A DNA stretch of 64,000 nt from contig JBMFSH010000013.1 in NCBI GenBank assembly GCA_049967655.1, forward strand, positions 9,661-73,660. The letters run 5' to 3'. The stretch's first letter is position 1; every line of letters begins with the position of its first letter. The DNA is from Acidobacteriota bacterium (GTDB lineage Bacteria > Acidobacteriota > UBA4820 > DSQY01). Both the position numbers and the translations under genes were made by a program. Shown here in pieces: positions 10,612 through 20,825 of the stretch. The notes under the pieces were generated by a model that saw only the letters and a list, made by a program, of their open reading frames with translations, searched no databases and had not been told where the DNA came from.

Positions 10612-11039
10612 CGCGCGCGGCCTCCTCGTGCGTTTCGACTCGCGGAGAGAGCGTTGAGTCCCCCGGCGTCTGGAGCCTCGGGCGACCTGCCCGTCGCGCC
10701 CGCCTGCGGAGGGGCGGGCGGGGGCTGATCCACGGAGCATTCCTGAGGGGACTCGCTGACCATTCCGAGCTTCTCCCGGGCCACGGAGTTGATGACGTCG
10801 GGGGAGAGCAGGGCCGCCCTCTGGAGGGTCAGGATCTCGTGCTCGTGCAGCAGCTTCTTGCGGGTCTCCACGAGCCTGGACATTTCGTACTCCTTGGCCA
10901 CCATGCGGGCCGAAAGGCCCACGTATACGATGAAGGGAGCGGCAGCCAAAAAGATTAAAGCGGCGATTCGGAGGAACTCTGCCAGGGAGTGCCTGTCGGG
11001 TTGCCGGATCGGCTGGTTGCGGATGATGGCCGCCGTCAT
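10608..11039 (-). CDS. ftsL: Cell division protein FtsL
   Basis: Start MTAAIIRNQ; one TM segment, then a coiled coil and an AREKLGM motif; between rsmH and ftsI. Confidence 0.8.
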   Translation of the reverse strand: MTAAIIRNQPIRQPDRHSLAEFLRIAALIFLAAAPFIVYVGLSARMVAKEYEMSRLVETRKKLLHEHEILTLQRAALLSPDVINSVAREKLGMVSESPQECSVDQPPPAPPQAGATGRSPEAPDAGGLNALSASRNARGGRAR

Positions 11040-11965
11040 AGGCGCTCCCCCGCGCGCAGCCGGCCGCTCCGGGAGGCCGGGTTCCTGGCCACCTCCCCTT
11101 CCGAAGGACGAAGGGCGCGGCGGTGGACCAGCCTCAGGGTGGGCTTCCGACCGCACGCGCATACGGGGAGCCGGGGCGGGCAGATGCACCCTTTGGCCAG
11201 GCTCCGGAAGGTCTCCTTGACGATGCGGTCCTCCAGGGAGTGGTAGGCCAGGATCACGATGCGGCCGCCGGAGCAGAGTAGGCCGGCGCAACGCTCGATG
11301 GCGGTGCCGAGCCCTTCCAGCTCTCTGTTGACCTGGATCCTGAGGGCCTGGAACGTGCGCGTGGCGGGATGGATCTTCCCCCTCAAGTGGGGCGGGATGG
11401 CCGCGCCGACGATTTCCGCAAGCCTCGCGGCGTCGGTGATGGGGGCCTCCAACCGTGCGGCCGATATGGCTCTGGCGATCTTTCGGGCGTGGGGCTCCTC
11501 TCCGTATGTCCTCAGCACGCGCATGAGTTCGCCCTCCTCCGCCCCCGCCAGAAACTCTTCGGCGGACGGACCGGAGGAGGGGTCCATCCGCATGTCGAGC
11601 GCCCCACCGTCGTGAAAGCTAAAACCCCGATGAGACCGGAGTTGTAGCCCGCTCATGCCCAGATCAGCCAGAATGCCGCGCGGAGCCTCCGGAAGCTCGC
11701 GGCTCCACGCGTCCACATCCTTAAAATCGGCGTGGACGAACCGCATCCGCGGCCCGAAGCGGGCCAGCTGTTCCCGGGCCAGAGCCAGCGCCTGGGGATC
11801 GCGGTCCACGCCCAGCACGTTTGCGGAAGGGTTGGCTTCCAGGACCGCCCGGCTGTGGCCGCCCAGTCCCAGGGTGCAGTCAACGTACCACCCTCCCTCC
11901 TCAACCCGGAGGGACTCCACCACCTCCCGGACCATCACCGGGACGTGGAGGGGTTCCGTTTCCAT
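11036..11965 (-). CDS. rsmH: 16S rRNA m4C1402 methyltransferase
   Basis: HVPVM, DCTLGLGGHS, LDMRMD, ATRTFQALRI and YHSLEDR motifs. Confidence 0.97.
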   Translation of the reverse strand: METEPLHVPVMVREVVESLRVEEGGWYVDCTLGLGGHSRAVLEANPSANVLGVDRDPQALALAREQLARFGPRMRFVHADFKDVDAWSRELPEAPRGILADLGMSGLQLRSHRGFSFHDGGALDMRMDPSSGPSAEEFLAGAEEGELMRVLRTYGEEPHARKIARAISAARLEAPITDAARLAEIVGAAIPPHLRGKIHPATRTFQALRIQVNRELEGLGTAIERCAGLLCSGGRIVILAYHSLEDRIVKETFRSLAKGCICPPRLPVCACGRKPTLRLVHRRALRPSEGEVARNPASRSGRLRAGERL

Positions 11966-12419
11966 GCCTCGCCTCGCGAAGGATGCCGGAAACGAAGCGG
12001 ATCGTTTCGTCCCCGAGCGGCTCCTTCTCCTGGATCTGCATCAGAAGGTCTTCATTCCAAACTTCGAGGAAGCTGGTCGGATGACCCAGGACCACCACGT
12101 CCCCGTTCATGCGCGTATGTTTTCTAAGCCTGGAGTGGATGAGAACGCGGCCCTGGGGATCGATCTCCTGCTCGTCGCCGTAAAGATCCACGGTGCGAAG
12201 AAACTGCTGGACGCGGGGATCATCGCCCCAGTGATTTCGGCGGAGGGCGTCTTCGATGAGGATCCACTCGGCCAGGGGGTAGAGCCGCATGGACGGGGGA
12301 CCGTAGGAGGTCAGGAAGACCTTGGGTCCGAATCCCTTGAGCAGGATTTCGCGAAACTTACTGGGGACCTTGAAGCGCCCCTTCTCGTCGATCCTGGCGT
12401 CCGCGCTGCCCCGGAACAT
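11901..12419 (-). CDS. mraZ: Division/cell-wall cluster regulator MraZ
   Basis: Start MFRG; two AbrB-like repeats (IDEKGR, IDPQGR); first gene of the dcw cluster. Confidence 0.93.
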   Translation of the reverse strand: MFRGSADARIDEKGRFKVPSKFREILLKGFGPKVFLTSYGPPSMRLYPLAEWILIEDALRRNHWGDDPRVQQFLRTVDLYGDEQEIDPQGRVLIHSRLRKHTRMNGDVVVLGHPTSFLEVWNEDLLMQIQEKEPLGDETIRFVSGILREARHGNGTPPRPGDGPGGGGVPPG

Positions 12420-12460
12420 GGCCACCCCTTGTAGAATGGACCGGCTGGCTGCTTCGGACT

Positions 12461-12525
12461 GCCAGTCCACTTTAGTCCACTTTGGTCCACATCGCTATCA
12501 TAGGAGCCGGTTAGCCCCTTGTCAA
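12461..12525 (-). promoter_or_regulatory. dcw sigma70 promoter with three MraZ-binding repeats
   Basis: Minus strand TTGACA(12525-12520)-17 bp-TATGAT(12502-12497), followed by GTGGAC repeated three times at 10-bp period (12490-12461). Confidence 0.85.
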
Positions 12526-12700
12526 GGGGCGGGGGGAGATGGGGACAAGGGACAAGGGACAGGGGACAAGTTTCCTACCGGTCCCAGTTTCCTAATTCTC
12601 TGTGCCTTGGTGTCTCTGTGGTTCGCTTTTTCAATTCGCCATTCCCCCTCCCCCTTGCCTCCCACTGGGCGGCGGGCTACCCTACTGCACCGGAGGAGCC

Positions 12701-13564
12701 ATGCGGGAGCTGCAGCGCAAGCCGGACTGGTTCAAGATCCATCGCCTGGCGGTGGGTTCCAGGGCCAGCGAGGTTCTCCAGACCATCGCGCGTAACGACC
12801 TTCATACGGTCTGTACGTCGGCCGCCTGCCCCAACAAGGGTGCCTGCTTCTCCGAGGGAACGGCCACCTTCATGATCCTCGGAGATGTGTGCACCCGCGC
12901 CTGCCGCTTTTGCAACATCGACACCGGAAGGCCGCGGGAGGATTTTCTCGGGGAGCCCGAGCGGGTGGCCGCCGCCGCCGCCGCGATGGGGCTGCGGTTC
13001 GTGGTGGTGACTTCGGTCTGCCGGGACGACCTCGCGGACGAGGGAGCCGGAGCCTTCGCACGGACGCTCCTTGCCCTCAAGGAGCGCATCGCGGGGGTGC
13101 GTGTGGAGCTCCTCATTCCGGACTTTTCCGGCCGAATCGATTTGCTCCGCACGGTGCTCGAAGCGGGGCCCGACGTTCTGAACCACAACCTGGAGACCGT
13201 CGAGCGCCTGACGCCGAGGATCCGATCGAAGGCGCAGTACCACCGCTCCCTCGACATCCTGCGGTCGGCCGGAGAGCTGGCCCCGAAGATCCCGCGCAAG
13301 AGCGGCCTCATGGTGGGGCTCGGTGAGACCCGCGACGAGCTCCGCGCCTCCTTTGCCGACCTCGCCTCCGTAGGCGTGGAACGGCTGACCATCGGCCAGT
13401 ACCTGCAACCCACCCGGCGGCACCACCCGGTCGTGCGCTACTATCCGCCCGAGGAGTTTGAAGAGATGAGGACGGAGGCGAAGGCCGCCGGCATCCGGGC
13501 GGTTCTCTCCGGCCCGCTGGTGCGCAGTTCCTACCACGCCGGTACCTTCGTAGAACAGGGTTGA
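12701..13564 (+). CDS. lipA: Lipoyl synthase
   Basis: CX4CX5C (CTSAACPNKGAC), CX3CX2C (CTRACRFC) and C-terminal RSSY; GGAGG SD before ATG 12701. Confidence 0.96.
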   Translation: MRELQRKPDWFKIHRLAVGSRASEVLQTIARNDLHTVCTSAACPNKGACFSEGTATFMILGDVCTRACRFCNIDTGRPREDFLGEPERVAAAAAAMGLRFVVVTSVCRDDLADEGAGAFARTLLALKERIAGVRVELLIPDFSGRIDLLRTVLEAGPDVLNHNLETVERLTPRIRSKAQYHRSLDILRSAGELAPKIPRKSGLMVGLGETRDELRASFADLASVGVERLTIGQYLQPTRRHHPVVRYYPPEEFEEMRTEAKAAGIRAVLSGPLVRSSYHAGTFVEQG

Positions 13565-13624
13565 CGGTCGAGATCTGCGCGGGAAATCCCTGCTACAATG
13601 AGCCTTCGATTGGGGAGGAGGAGA

Positions 13625-14560
13625 ATGGGGCCCCTTCCTGTGGAGCAGGCCGTGTCCAGCCAGCCGCTGGAGTCCTGGGACATCTGGCGTTTCAGTGCCT
13701 GGGGGCCGTGGTTGTCGGTGCGGCTATTCCACACCGTGATCTTCCTACTGGGCGCCTACCTCCTGGACCGGGCCTTGCGCCTGTTGCTCAAGCGGGTGAA
13801 GGCCTCCGTGCGGGAGGATGATCCCGTCGTCCGGGGAGAGCTTGAGCGCCGGGCGGAGACCGTCACCGCCATCCTTGGGCGCGTCGGCCGGTTGGTGCTC
13901 TACTTTACGGCCAGTCTCATGATCCTGAACGACTTCCGCGTGGAGATCGGCCCCATGCTGGCGGGGCTCGGCATCGTGGGCCTGGCAGTGGGTTTCGGAG
14001 CCCAGTATCTCGTCCGGGACGTGATCTCAGGCTTCTTCATTGTGTTGGAGGATCAGTTTCGGGTGGGTGACGTGGTGAAGGTCGGTAACTTTGCCGGCAC
14101 GGTCGAACACATTTTTCTGCGGACCACTCAGATCAGGGCGGCCAACGGCGATTTGCACATCGTCCCGAACGGTCAGATCACTTTGGTGACCAACATGACG
14201 CGTCAGTGGTCCCGGGCGGTGCTGGACGTGGGGGTCGGGTACGGTTCGAACATCGACCAGGTTTTCGAGGCGCTGCGGGAGACCGGCCGCCAGGTGCAAT
14301 CGGAGCCGGACCTTGAACCCCATATCAAGGAGCCCTTCGACATCGTGGGAGTGACGTCACTGGGCGAGTCGGCCATCACCATCCGCATGTGGGCGAAGGT
14401 CGACCCCCTTCAGCAGTGGGCCATCGAAAACGCCCTGAGGAAGCGGGCCAAGGAGGTCTTCGACGCCCGCGGCATCGAGATCCCCTTCCCCCAGCGCACC
14501 CTCAGTTTGGACAAGGCCACCGCCGAACTTCTCCGCACTCGCCTGAAGGGGGGTGCATGA
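13625..14560 (+). CDS. MscS-family mechanosensitive channel (YbiO/YkuT-like)
   Basis: GLAVGFGAQ, EDQFRVGD, VPNG and GIEIPFPQ motifs. Strong SD before ATG 13625, with an extended -10 TGcTACAAT upstream. Confidence 0.9.
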   Translation: MGPLPVEQAVSSQPLESWDIWRFSAWGPWLSVRLFHTVIFLLGAYLLDRALRLLLKRVKASVREDDPVVRGELERRAETVTAILGRVGRLVLYFTASLMILNDFRVEIGPMLAGLGIVGLAVGFGAQYLVRDVISGFFIVLEDQFRVGDVVKVGNFAGTVEHIFLRTTQIRAANGDLHIVPNGQITLVTNMTRQWSRAVLDVGVGYGSNIDQVFEALRETGRQVQSEPDLEPHIKEPFDIVGVTSLGESAITIRMWAKVDPLQQWAIENALRKRAKEVFDARGIEIPFPQRTLSLDKATAELLRTRLKGGA

Positions 14561-14711
14561 GCCTCGACCCCCTGCACTCCAGCCTCTTCCTCGCCGCGCT
14601 CGTGGTGGCAGTCATCCACTCCTTTCTGTCCCGTGGTTCGAACACAACGGGAGAATCGTGCTCGGGGTCCTCCTGATGGGGCTGGGTGGATTCGGCTACT
14701 TCTTTCACTGA
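14557..14711 (+). pseudogene. Internally deleted membrane-protein gene remnant
   Basis: ATGA-coupled to mscS. Hydrophobic N-terminus MSLDPLHSSLFLAALVVAVIHS is joined out of frame to a hydrophobic C-terminus LSVPWFEHNGRIVLGVLLMGLGGFGYFFH*. Confidence 0.5.
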
Positions 14712-14732
14712 AGGCGGGAGGGCGAAAACGAC

Positions 14733-14758
14733 AAAGCCCGGCGGTGACGCCGGGCTTT
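14733..14758. terminator. Hairpin terminator downstream of tRNA-fMet (possibly bidirectional)
   Basis: AAAGCCCGGCG-GTGA-CGCCGGGCTTT inverted repeat. Confidence 0.75.
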
Positions 14759-14764
14759 GCACCT

Positions 14765-14841
14765 TGGTGGCGGGGGAAGGATTTGAACCTTCGACCTCTG
14801 GGTTATGAGCCCAGCGAGCTACCGGACTGCTCCACCCCGCG
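14765..14841 (-). tRNA. Initiator tRNA-fMet (CAT)
   Basis: 77-nt cloverleaf with C1:A72 mismatch, GGG/CCC anticodon stem, CAT anticodon and encoded CCA. Promoter TTGACA(14881-14876)-17-TATAGT(14858-14853). Confidence 0.97.
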
Positions 14842-15087
14842 GCAAGAGAACCACTATAGGGGATAGGCCGGTGGCTGTCAAGCCGGCCGTCGCACCTGGT
14901 ACTGGGGGGAACCGGATTATGAAGGCGATACGCCTCCCAGGGACTGGGGCAGAAGGCTCGGGAGAGTCGGCGGAAGCGTGAGGATGATTGCGGCGGACGA
15001 AAGTCGGGATACATTATTAGTTCATGGCCGGGCGTCGGCAGACCGGGTGGTCCCACGCGCCGAGGCCGCTTAGAAAGGGGTCCTTGA

Positions 15088-15450
15088 ATGAAGAGAATAC
15101 CGGTTCTCCTGCTCCCGGTGGCAGCCCTCATGCTGCTGACCGTCGGCTTGTTCGCCAACGGAGAGCACGCCAAGGTCGGTCCCGAGAGGTGCAAGATGTG
15201 CCACTCGATCCAGTACAACTCCTGGGTCAAGTCGAAGCACGCGACCGTGGCCAAGCTCGACTGCGAAGGCTGCCATGGTAATGGCGGCGATTATTGGCAC
15301 CCGAACATCATGAAGGATCTGCCGAAGGCCAAGGCGGCCGGGCTCATCCTGCCGACGAAGACCTTCTGCGAGAAGTGCCACGGCAAGAACGGTGTGCCGG
15401 CCATGACCGACGCGCTCTTCGCCAAGGTGCACGCACACAAGGCCAAATAG
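15088..15450 (+). CDS. Small exported triheme cytochrome c
   Basis: Signal peptide plus three CxxCH motifs (CKMCH, CEGCH, CEKCH); Lys-rich. Confidence 0.9.
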   Translation: MKRIPVLLLPVAALMLLTVGLFANGEHAKVGPERCKMCHSIQYNSWVKSKHATVAKLDCEGCHGNGGDYWHPNIMKDLPKAKAAGLILPTKTFCEKCHGKNGVPAMTDALFAKVHAHKAK

Positions 15451-15541
15451 GCCCTTTCCATTAGTTTGAAAAAGCAAGAGGGCCTGGCCGGTGCAAACAA
15501 ACCGGCCAGGCCCTCCCTTCTGTGACTGCTGGGAGAGTGCT

Positions 15542-16699
15542 TCAGCCCTGCAGGCGTTTTCCGCAACCACTGCAGAACTTGGCTCCCGCCAAGTTCTCGG
15601 TGCCGCAGGAGGGACACTTTACGGCGGAGGGCGCCAAGGGCTTGCCGCAGCCGTTGCAGAAGCGAGCTCCCTGCGGATTCATGGCGTGGCAGCTCGGGCA
15701 GACGACCCCCACCGGCGCCATGGGTTTGCCGCAGCTATCGCAGAACTTGGCCCCGGCCGCGTTGGGCTTCCCGCAGGCCCCGCAGATGACGGCCGTGTTC
15801 CCCGAGGCGCCAGCCGAAGTTCCCGCCCCGGCCCCAGCGGCTGCCGCGCCCGCCTGCTGCATGGCCTGGCCGATCATCCCGGGAATCATCATGCCCATAC
15901 CGGCGCCCACGCCCAGGCCCATGCCCGCGGATGCCCCGTTGCCAGCGGGGTTGGCCGCGGCCTCCTCCATGGCCTTGGCCGCCTTGAACTGCATGTAGGC
16001 GCCCATGTTCCCGACAGCCGCCATACCGCTGCGCTCATCGATGACCTTCTGCACCTCCTCAGGAGGGGTGATGGCGCCGATGAAAAAGTCCACCAGCTCC
16101 AGGCCGTACTTCTTGAAGTCCTCGTGGACCCTAGCCTTCAGGGCCTCGGAGAGTTCGTCGTAGTACTTGGGCAGGTCGAGGACGGTCTTAAGCGTCTCGC
16201 CCAGCACGTCGTTCAGGCGGGCCACGATCATATCCTTGGTGTAGGACTCTACGCCGTCGCTGTTCTGGACCCCCTGGCTCCCCACGAAGGTGTTGAGGAA
16301 GAGCACGGGGTCAATGACCTTGGTGGCGAACTTGCCGAAGGCGCGGAGGCGCACCATCTGGAATTCCGTGTCCCGGAAGAGGACCGGCTCCTTGGTGCCC
16401 CATTTCATGTCCGTGAAGACCTTACGGGCCACGTAGTAGACATCGGCGCGGAAGGGCGAGGTACCTCCGAAGGGGATGTTGATGAGCTTGGACAGGAGCG
16501 GGATGTTGGCCGTGGTCAGGGTGTGACGCCCCGCCAGGAAGACGTCCAGCGCCCGCCCATCGCGGAAGAAGACTCCCCACTGGCTCTCCTGCACGACGAG
16601 CTGGGCGCCCATCTTGATCTCGCCGCCCATCTCGAAGCGGTGGACCATCTCGCGCCCGGTATCATCCAGCCACTCAATCACCTCAATGGTCTGCGCCAT
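15542..16699 (-). CDS. SPFH-domain protein (YdjI-like) with C-terminal zinc ribbons
   Basis: GAQLVVQESQ, KWGT and LRAFG SPFH motifs; Gly/Met-rich linker; three CxxC...AKFCxxCG-type ribbons. Confidence 0.88.
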   Translation of the reverse strand: MAQTIEVIEWLDDTGREMVHRFEMGGEIKMGAQLVVQESQWGVFFRDGRALDVFLAGRHTLTTANIPLLSKLINIPFGGTSPFRADVYYVARKVFTDMKWGTKEPVLFRDTEFQMVRLRAFGKFATKVIDPVLFLNTFVGSQGVQNSDGVESYTKDMIVARLNDVLGETLKTVLDLPKYYDELSEALKARVHEDFKKYGLELVDFFIGAITPPEEVQKVIDERSGMAAVGNMGAYMQFKAAKAMEEAAANPAGNGASAGMGLGVGAGMGMMIPGMIGQAMQQAGAAAAGAGAGTSAGASGNTAVICGACGKPNAAGAKFCDSCGKPMAPVGVVCPSCHAMNPQGARFCNGCGKPLAPSAVKCPSCGTENLAGAKFCSGCGKRLQG

Positions 16700-16797
16700 G
16701 AAACGCTCCTACGTCAAGAAAATCCAGAACTCACATCCGGGGAAGCGGGCGGAGTGCACCGGACATGGTCCGTGTTCCGCGACGAACGCCCCAACCC

Positions 16798-17271
16798 TCA
16801 CGCCGGCTTGTCCCAAAGGGCCTTGCGTTCGGCCAGAAGATCGTCTAACCCTTGCAGGGCGGCCGTCATGGCTCCCACCGCGTTCGCCGGGTCGCCCGCC
16901 GCCTTTTCGAGCGTCTCGACGGCGTCTACGATCTTCATGTCGTGGGCGTACAAGGCGTCGAGCTGGCTCTCCTGGATCTTCATCTGATCGAAGAGCCCGG
17001 AATAGCCGTAGGTGGCGAAGCGGAGAGAGTCGGCCACGCCGTGGAGCCTCCGGTCCAAAAGCCCGATGGCGTTGAGCCCCTGAAGATCGCCGCGGTTGGT
17101 GGTCTCCAGCTTGATGGTCTGCAGCCGCTCTCCCACCCGATCCAGGCGGGCGGCGAGGTACTCCCGCAGGCGCTTGTCGCTGGTCCTCCGGTCGTCCCTG
17201 GCGCGGTAACCCGAGAGTCCTGGGATGGCATCACCCAGCCGCTCCAGAAAGTTCTTCTCGCCTCTCTCCAT
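16798..17271 (-). CDS. Conserved-looking helical hypothetical protein
   Basis: SD before ATG 17271; IPGLSGY...DRR.SDK and ATYGYSGLFD segments; co-oriented with the SPFH gene. Confidence 0.75.
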   Translation of the reverse strand: MERGEKNFLERLGDAIPGLSGYRARDDRRTSDKRLREYLAARLDRVGERLQTIKLETTNRGDLQGLNAIGLLDRRLHGVADSLRFATYGYSGLFDQMKIQESQLDALYAHDMKIVDAVETLEKAAGDPANAVGAMTAALQGLDDLLAERKALWDKPA

Positions 17272-17337
17272 CGATGCCTCCCTGCTGGCCACCGGCCGGT
17301 CTTCGGCGTGGGCCGGCGCACTGAGCCTTCCGGTGGC

Positions 17338-18036
17338 CTAATGTCGGTCACCGGCCTTTTTCAAGAGGTGTATGGCCCGGTTGGCGGTCCTGAGCATTTT
17401 GATGAGGTCCTTCTCCGTGGTGTACTTGGTCACCTGCAGATTGATGACGATCTGGTACCCCGTGTGGCGGATCCGGACCGGCTCGTCGCCGGGCGCCTGC
17501 TGGCGGAGGACGCTATCGAGATGCTCATCGCTGACGTAGGCCTCATCGGTCTCCGCCCCGGCGGTCTCTCGCGCGGTGTCCGGCCTCTGGGGCGCCTGGC
17601 TCTCCAGCGTGAGGTTGAGCCCGGCCTCTTCGGCGAGGGTCTGGAAGATGGGGAAGGCCGAATTGTTCACCCGTTCGCTCAGCTGGTATACCTCCCGGAA
17701 ACTCTCCTTGAGGACGTCGGTGTCGGAGACGGGAAGACGGACCTTCTGAAAAAATTCACCGTAGGCCTTCCGGAGCAGGGCTTCCTGGGCTGGCCGGTCC
17801 GGGTTGTCCGGGCTGTAGGCCTGGTGAACTCCCGTCAGCCGGTCCTGCTCGTCCAGGATGCCCAAAAAGCGTAGGGCCGCCATGGCCGGGTAGGTCCAGT
17901 GGGAGGAGAGCCCGCGCTTGTGAAGCTCCTCCCGAGTCAGGAGGTCGCCCGGGAGGCGCGCCTGGATGTGATCGAGAACCGCCCTAAGGCCCTTGCGGGG
18001 AACGTAGGGGGGGGTAGTGACTCCCTTTTTCGTCAT
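17338..18036 (-). CDS. Hypothetical protein, DUF5343-like N-terminal region
   Basis: PPYV...ALRFLGILD...L.KAY pattern recalled from DUF5343; directly downstream of secA. Confidence 0.65.
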   Translation of the reverse strand: MTKKGVTTPPYVPRKGLRAVLDHIQARLPGDLLTREELHKRGLSSHWTYPAMAALRFLGILDEQDRLTGVHQAYSPDNPDRPAQEALLRKAYGEFFQKVRLPVSDTDVLKESFREVYQLSERVNNSAFPIFQTLAEEAGLNLTLESQAPQRPDTARETAGAETDEAYVSDEHLDSVLRQQAPGDEPVRIRHTGYQIVINLQVTKYTTEKDLIKMLRTANRAIHLLKKAGDRH

Positions 18037-18091
18037 GGCCGCCTTTCAAACACAAGAACATAGCGAGGCTACCAGCGCAGCGGGCGCCTCG

Positions 18092-20746
18092 TCAAGAGCC
18101 GGCACCGCAGCACTTCTTGAATTTCTTGCCGGATCCGCACGGACAGGGGTCGTTGCGTCCCACCTTCTTGTCCTTCCGGACCACGGTCTTCCCCGGCTTT
18201 TTCTCCTCCTTCTCGGGGGCCGAGTAGGAGTAGCTCTGCTCCCGCCGGACAACTTTCTTTTCCTCCTGCTGGATGGCGGGTTCCAGGAGGAACAGGTACC
18301 GCACGATCTCGTCCTCCACCCGGTCCATCATGGCGGAAAAGATCTCGAAGCCCTCCCGCTTGTACTCCACGAGGGGGTCGCGCTGGCCGTAGGCCCGAAG
18401 ACCGATGCCCTCCTTGAGGTGGTCCATGGAGAGCAGGTGGTCCTTCCACTGGTTGTCGATGACCTGGAGCATGACGATGCGCTCGTATTCGCGCATGAGC
18501 TCTGGGGCCAGTCGCTGCTCCTTGGCCTCGTACTTGGCGGAAACGGCCTTCCAGATGGCGTCGCGGAGCTCCTGCTGCGGCGTTTCCTCGAGGCTCAACG
18601 AGAGATCGTCCAGATTCAGCCCGAAGTAGTGCAGGATCTGGGTCTGAAGCCCCGGGACGTCGGGCTCCGCTTCGGTCGGAAAATACTGCTCCAGGAGCCA
18701 GTCCAGGATGGACTCCGCGGTCTCGAAGAGGTAATCGCGAAGGCCTTCCTTGGCCAGGATCTTTTTCCGAAGCGAGTAGACCGCCTCGCGCTGCTTGTTC
18801 ATCACGTCGTCGTATTCGAGAAGGTGCTTGCGGATTTCGAAGTTCCGGGCCTCGACCGAGGTTTGGGCGCGCTCGATGGACTTGGAGACCCACCGGTGTT
18901 CGATGGGCACCCCCTCCTCCATCCCCAGCCGCCCCATCATGTTCTTGAGCCGGTCGCCGCCGAAGAGGCGCATGAGGTCGTCTTCCAACGATACGTAGAA
19001 GCGCGAGGTGCCGGGATCGCCCTGGCGGCCCGCGCGCCCGCGGAGCTGGTTGTCGATGCGCCTCGATTCGTGGCGCTCCGTACCCAGGATGTGTAGCCCG
19101 TTGAGTGACACCACCTCCTGGTGCTCCCGTTCGAACACCTCCCGGAAGGCGGTGAGCTGCTTGGCGTACTCTTCGGGCTGCGTTTCGGGGTCGGCCTTGG
19201 CCCTCGCCTGGCCCTCGGGGTTCCCGCCGAGAAGAATGTCGGTGCCGCGGCCGGCCATGTTGGTGGCGATGGTGACGGCACCCTTCCGCCCCGCCTGAGC
19301 GACGATCTCCGCCTCCTTCTCGTGAAACTTGGCGTTGAGCACCACGTGAGGAATGCCCTTCTTCTTGAGGAGCGCGCTCATGCGCTCGCTCTTTTCGATG
19401 GAGACCGTGCCCACGAGGACGGGCTGCCCCTTCTCGTGGCACTCGGCGATCTCTTCCGCCGCCGCCTCGAACTTTTCTCGTTCGGTTTTGTAAACGAGAT
19501 CGGGACGGTCCTCACGCACCATCGGCCTGTTGGTCGGGATGACCACCACGTCGAGCTTGTAGATCTTGTCGAACTCGGCGGCCTCGGTATCGGCCGTCCC
19601 CGTCATGCCCGCCAGCTTCTCGTACAGGCGGAAGTAGTTCTGGAAGGTGATGGTGGCCAGTGTCTGGTTCTCCTGCTGGATCTTGACGCCCTCCTTGGCC
19701 TCGATGGCCTGGTGCAGGCCGTCGCTCCACCGGCGCCCCGGCATGATGCGCCCGGTGAACTCGTCCACGATGAGGACCTCGCCCTCCTTGACCATGTACT
19801 CCACGTCGCGGTGGTAGAGCTTGTGGGCGACCAGGGCCTGGTTGACGCAGTGCAGGATCTCCATGTTCACGGGATCGTAGAGGTTGGCCACGTTCAGCAT
19901 CTTCTCACAGCGGGCGACGCCCTCCTCGGTCAGCACCGCGGTGCGCTGCTTCTCGTCCACGGTGTAGTCCTTTTCCTTTTGAAGGCTGGGGATGATGCTG
20001 TTGGCGGCGTAGTACTTGTCCACGCGTTCGTCGGACGGGCCGGAGATGATGAGGGGCGTGCGCGCCTCGTCGATGAGGATGGAGTCCACCTCGTCCACTA
20101 GGGCGAAGTGGTGGCCCCTCTGGACCATGTCCTCCAGCCTGTACTTCATGTTGTCGCGCAGGTAGTCGAACCCGAACTCGTTGTTCTGGCCGTAGGTGAT
20201 GTCGCTCCCGTAGGCCATCTGCCGCTCGGCGTTGTCCATCTCCTGCTGAATGCAGCCCACCGACAGGCCCAGGAACCGGTAGACCTGTCCCATCCAGTCC
20301 GCGTCACGCCGCGCCAGGTAGTCGTTTACGGTCACCACGTGGACGCCGCGCCCCGTGAGCGCGTTGAGGTAGACCGGCAGGACCGCGACGAGGGTCTTTC
20401 CTTCGCCGGTTTTCATCTCGGCGATCTTGCCCTGGTGAAGGACGATGCCGCCGATGATCTGGACATCGAAGGGGCGCATCCCGAGCGCTCTGGCCGACGC
20501 CTCCCGGGCCACGGCGAAGGCCTCAGGGAGAAGGTCGTCGAGGGACTCCTGCTGCGAGTGCCCCTCGCCCAACATGCGATCGAGGCGGGTCTTGAAGTCC
20601 GCCGTCTTGCCCCGGAGCTCGTCATCGGAAAGAACGCGGAGTTTGGGCTCCCATTCATTCACCAGAAAAACCAGGGGCTGGATCGCGCGGATATCGCGAT
20701 CGTGCTTGGTTCCGAAGACCTTCGCTAGAACCGCGTCAATGACCAT
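18092..20746 (-). CDS. secA: Preprotein translocase SecA
   Basis: [39 protein letters not shown] and SEC-C motif [19 protein letters not shown]. Confidence 0.99.
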   Translation of the reverse strand: MVIDAVLAKVFGTKHDRDIRAIQPLVFLVNEWEPKLRVLSDDELRGKTADFKTRLDRMLGEGHSQQESLDDLLPEAFAVAREASARALGMRPFDVQIIGGIVLHQGKIAEMKTGEGKTLVAVLPVYLNALTGRGVHVVTVNDYLARRDADWMGQVYRFLGLSVGCIQQEMDNAERQMAYGSDITYGQNNEFGFDYLRDNMKYRLEDMVQRGHHFALVDEVDSILIDEARTPLIISGPSDERVDKYYAANSIIPSLQKEKDYTVDEKQRTAVLTEEGVARCEKMLNVANLYDPVNMEILHCVNQALVAHKLYHRDVEYMVKEGEVLIVDEFTGRIMPGRRWSDGLHQAIEAKEGVKIQQENQTLATITFQNYFRLYEKLAGMTGTADTEAAEFDKIYKLDVVVIPTNRPMVREDRPDLVYKTEREKFEAAAEEIAECHEKGQPVLVGTVSIEKSERMSALLKKKGIPHVVLNAKFHEKEAEIVAQAGRKGAVTIATNMAGRGTDILLGGNPEGQARAKADPETQPEEYAKQLTAFREVFEREHQEVVSLNGLHILGTERHESRRIDNQLRGRAGRQGDPGTSRFYVSLEDDLMRLFGGDRLKNMMGRLGMEEGVPIEHRWVSKSIERAQTSVEARNFEIRKHLLEYDDVMNKQREAVYSLRKKILAKEGLRDYLFETAESILDWLLEQYFPTEAEPDVPGLQTQILHYFGLNLDDLSLSLEETPQQELRDAIWKAVSAKYEAKEQRLAPELMREYERIVMLQVIDNQWKDHLLSMDHLKEGIGLRAYGQRDPLVEYKREGFEIFSAMMDRVEDEIVRYLFLLEPAIQQEEKKVVRREQSYSYSAPEKEEKKPGKTVVRKDKKVGRNDPCPCGSGKKFKKCCGAGS

Positions 20747-20825
20747 GAAAAGGTTCTCCCAGAGAGGCGGCTGGCGGGGCGGGGGGAGGTGACATTACCG
20801 GGCCTGCGTTTGATGGCAGGGCTTG

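Noticed and set aside
14765..14841. tRNA-fMet as the integration site of an island
   Set aside because: No integrase and no duplicated tRNA 3' end seen in the window.
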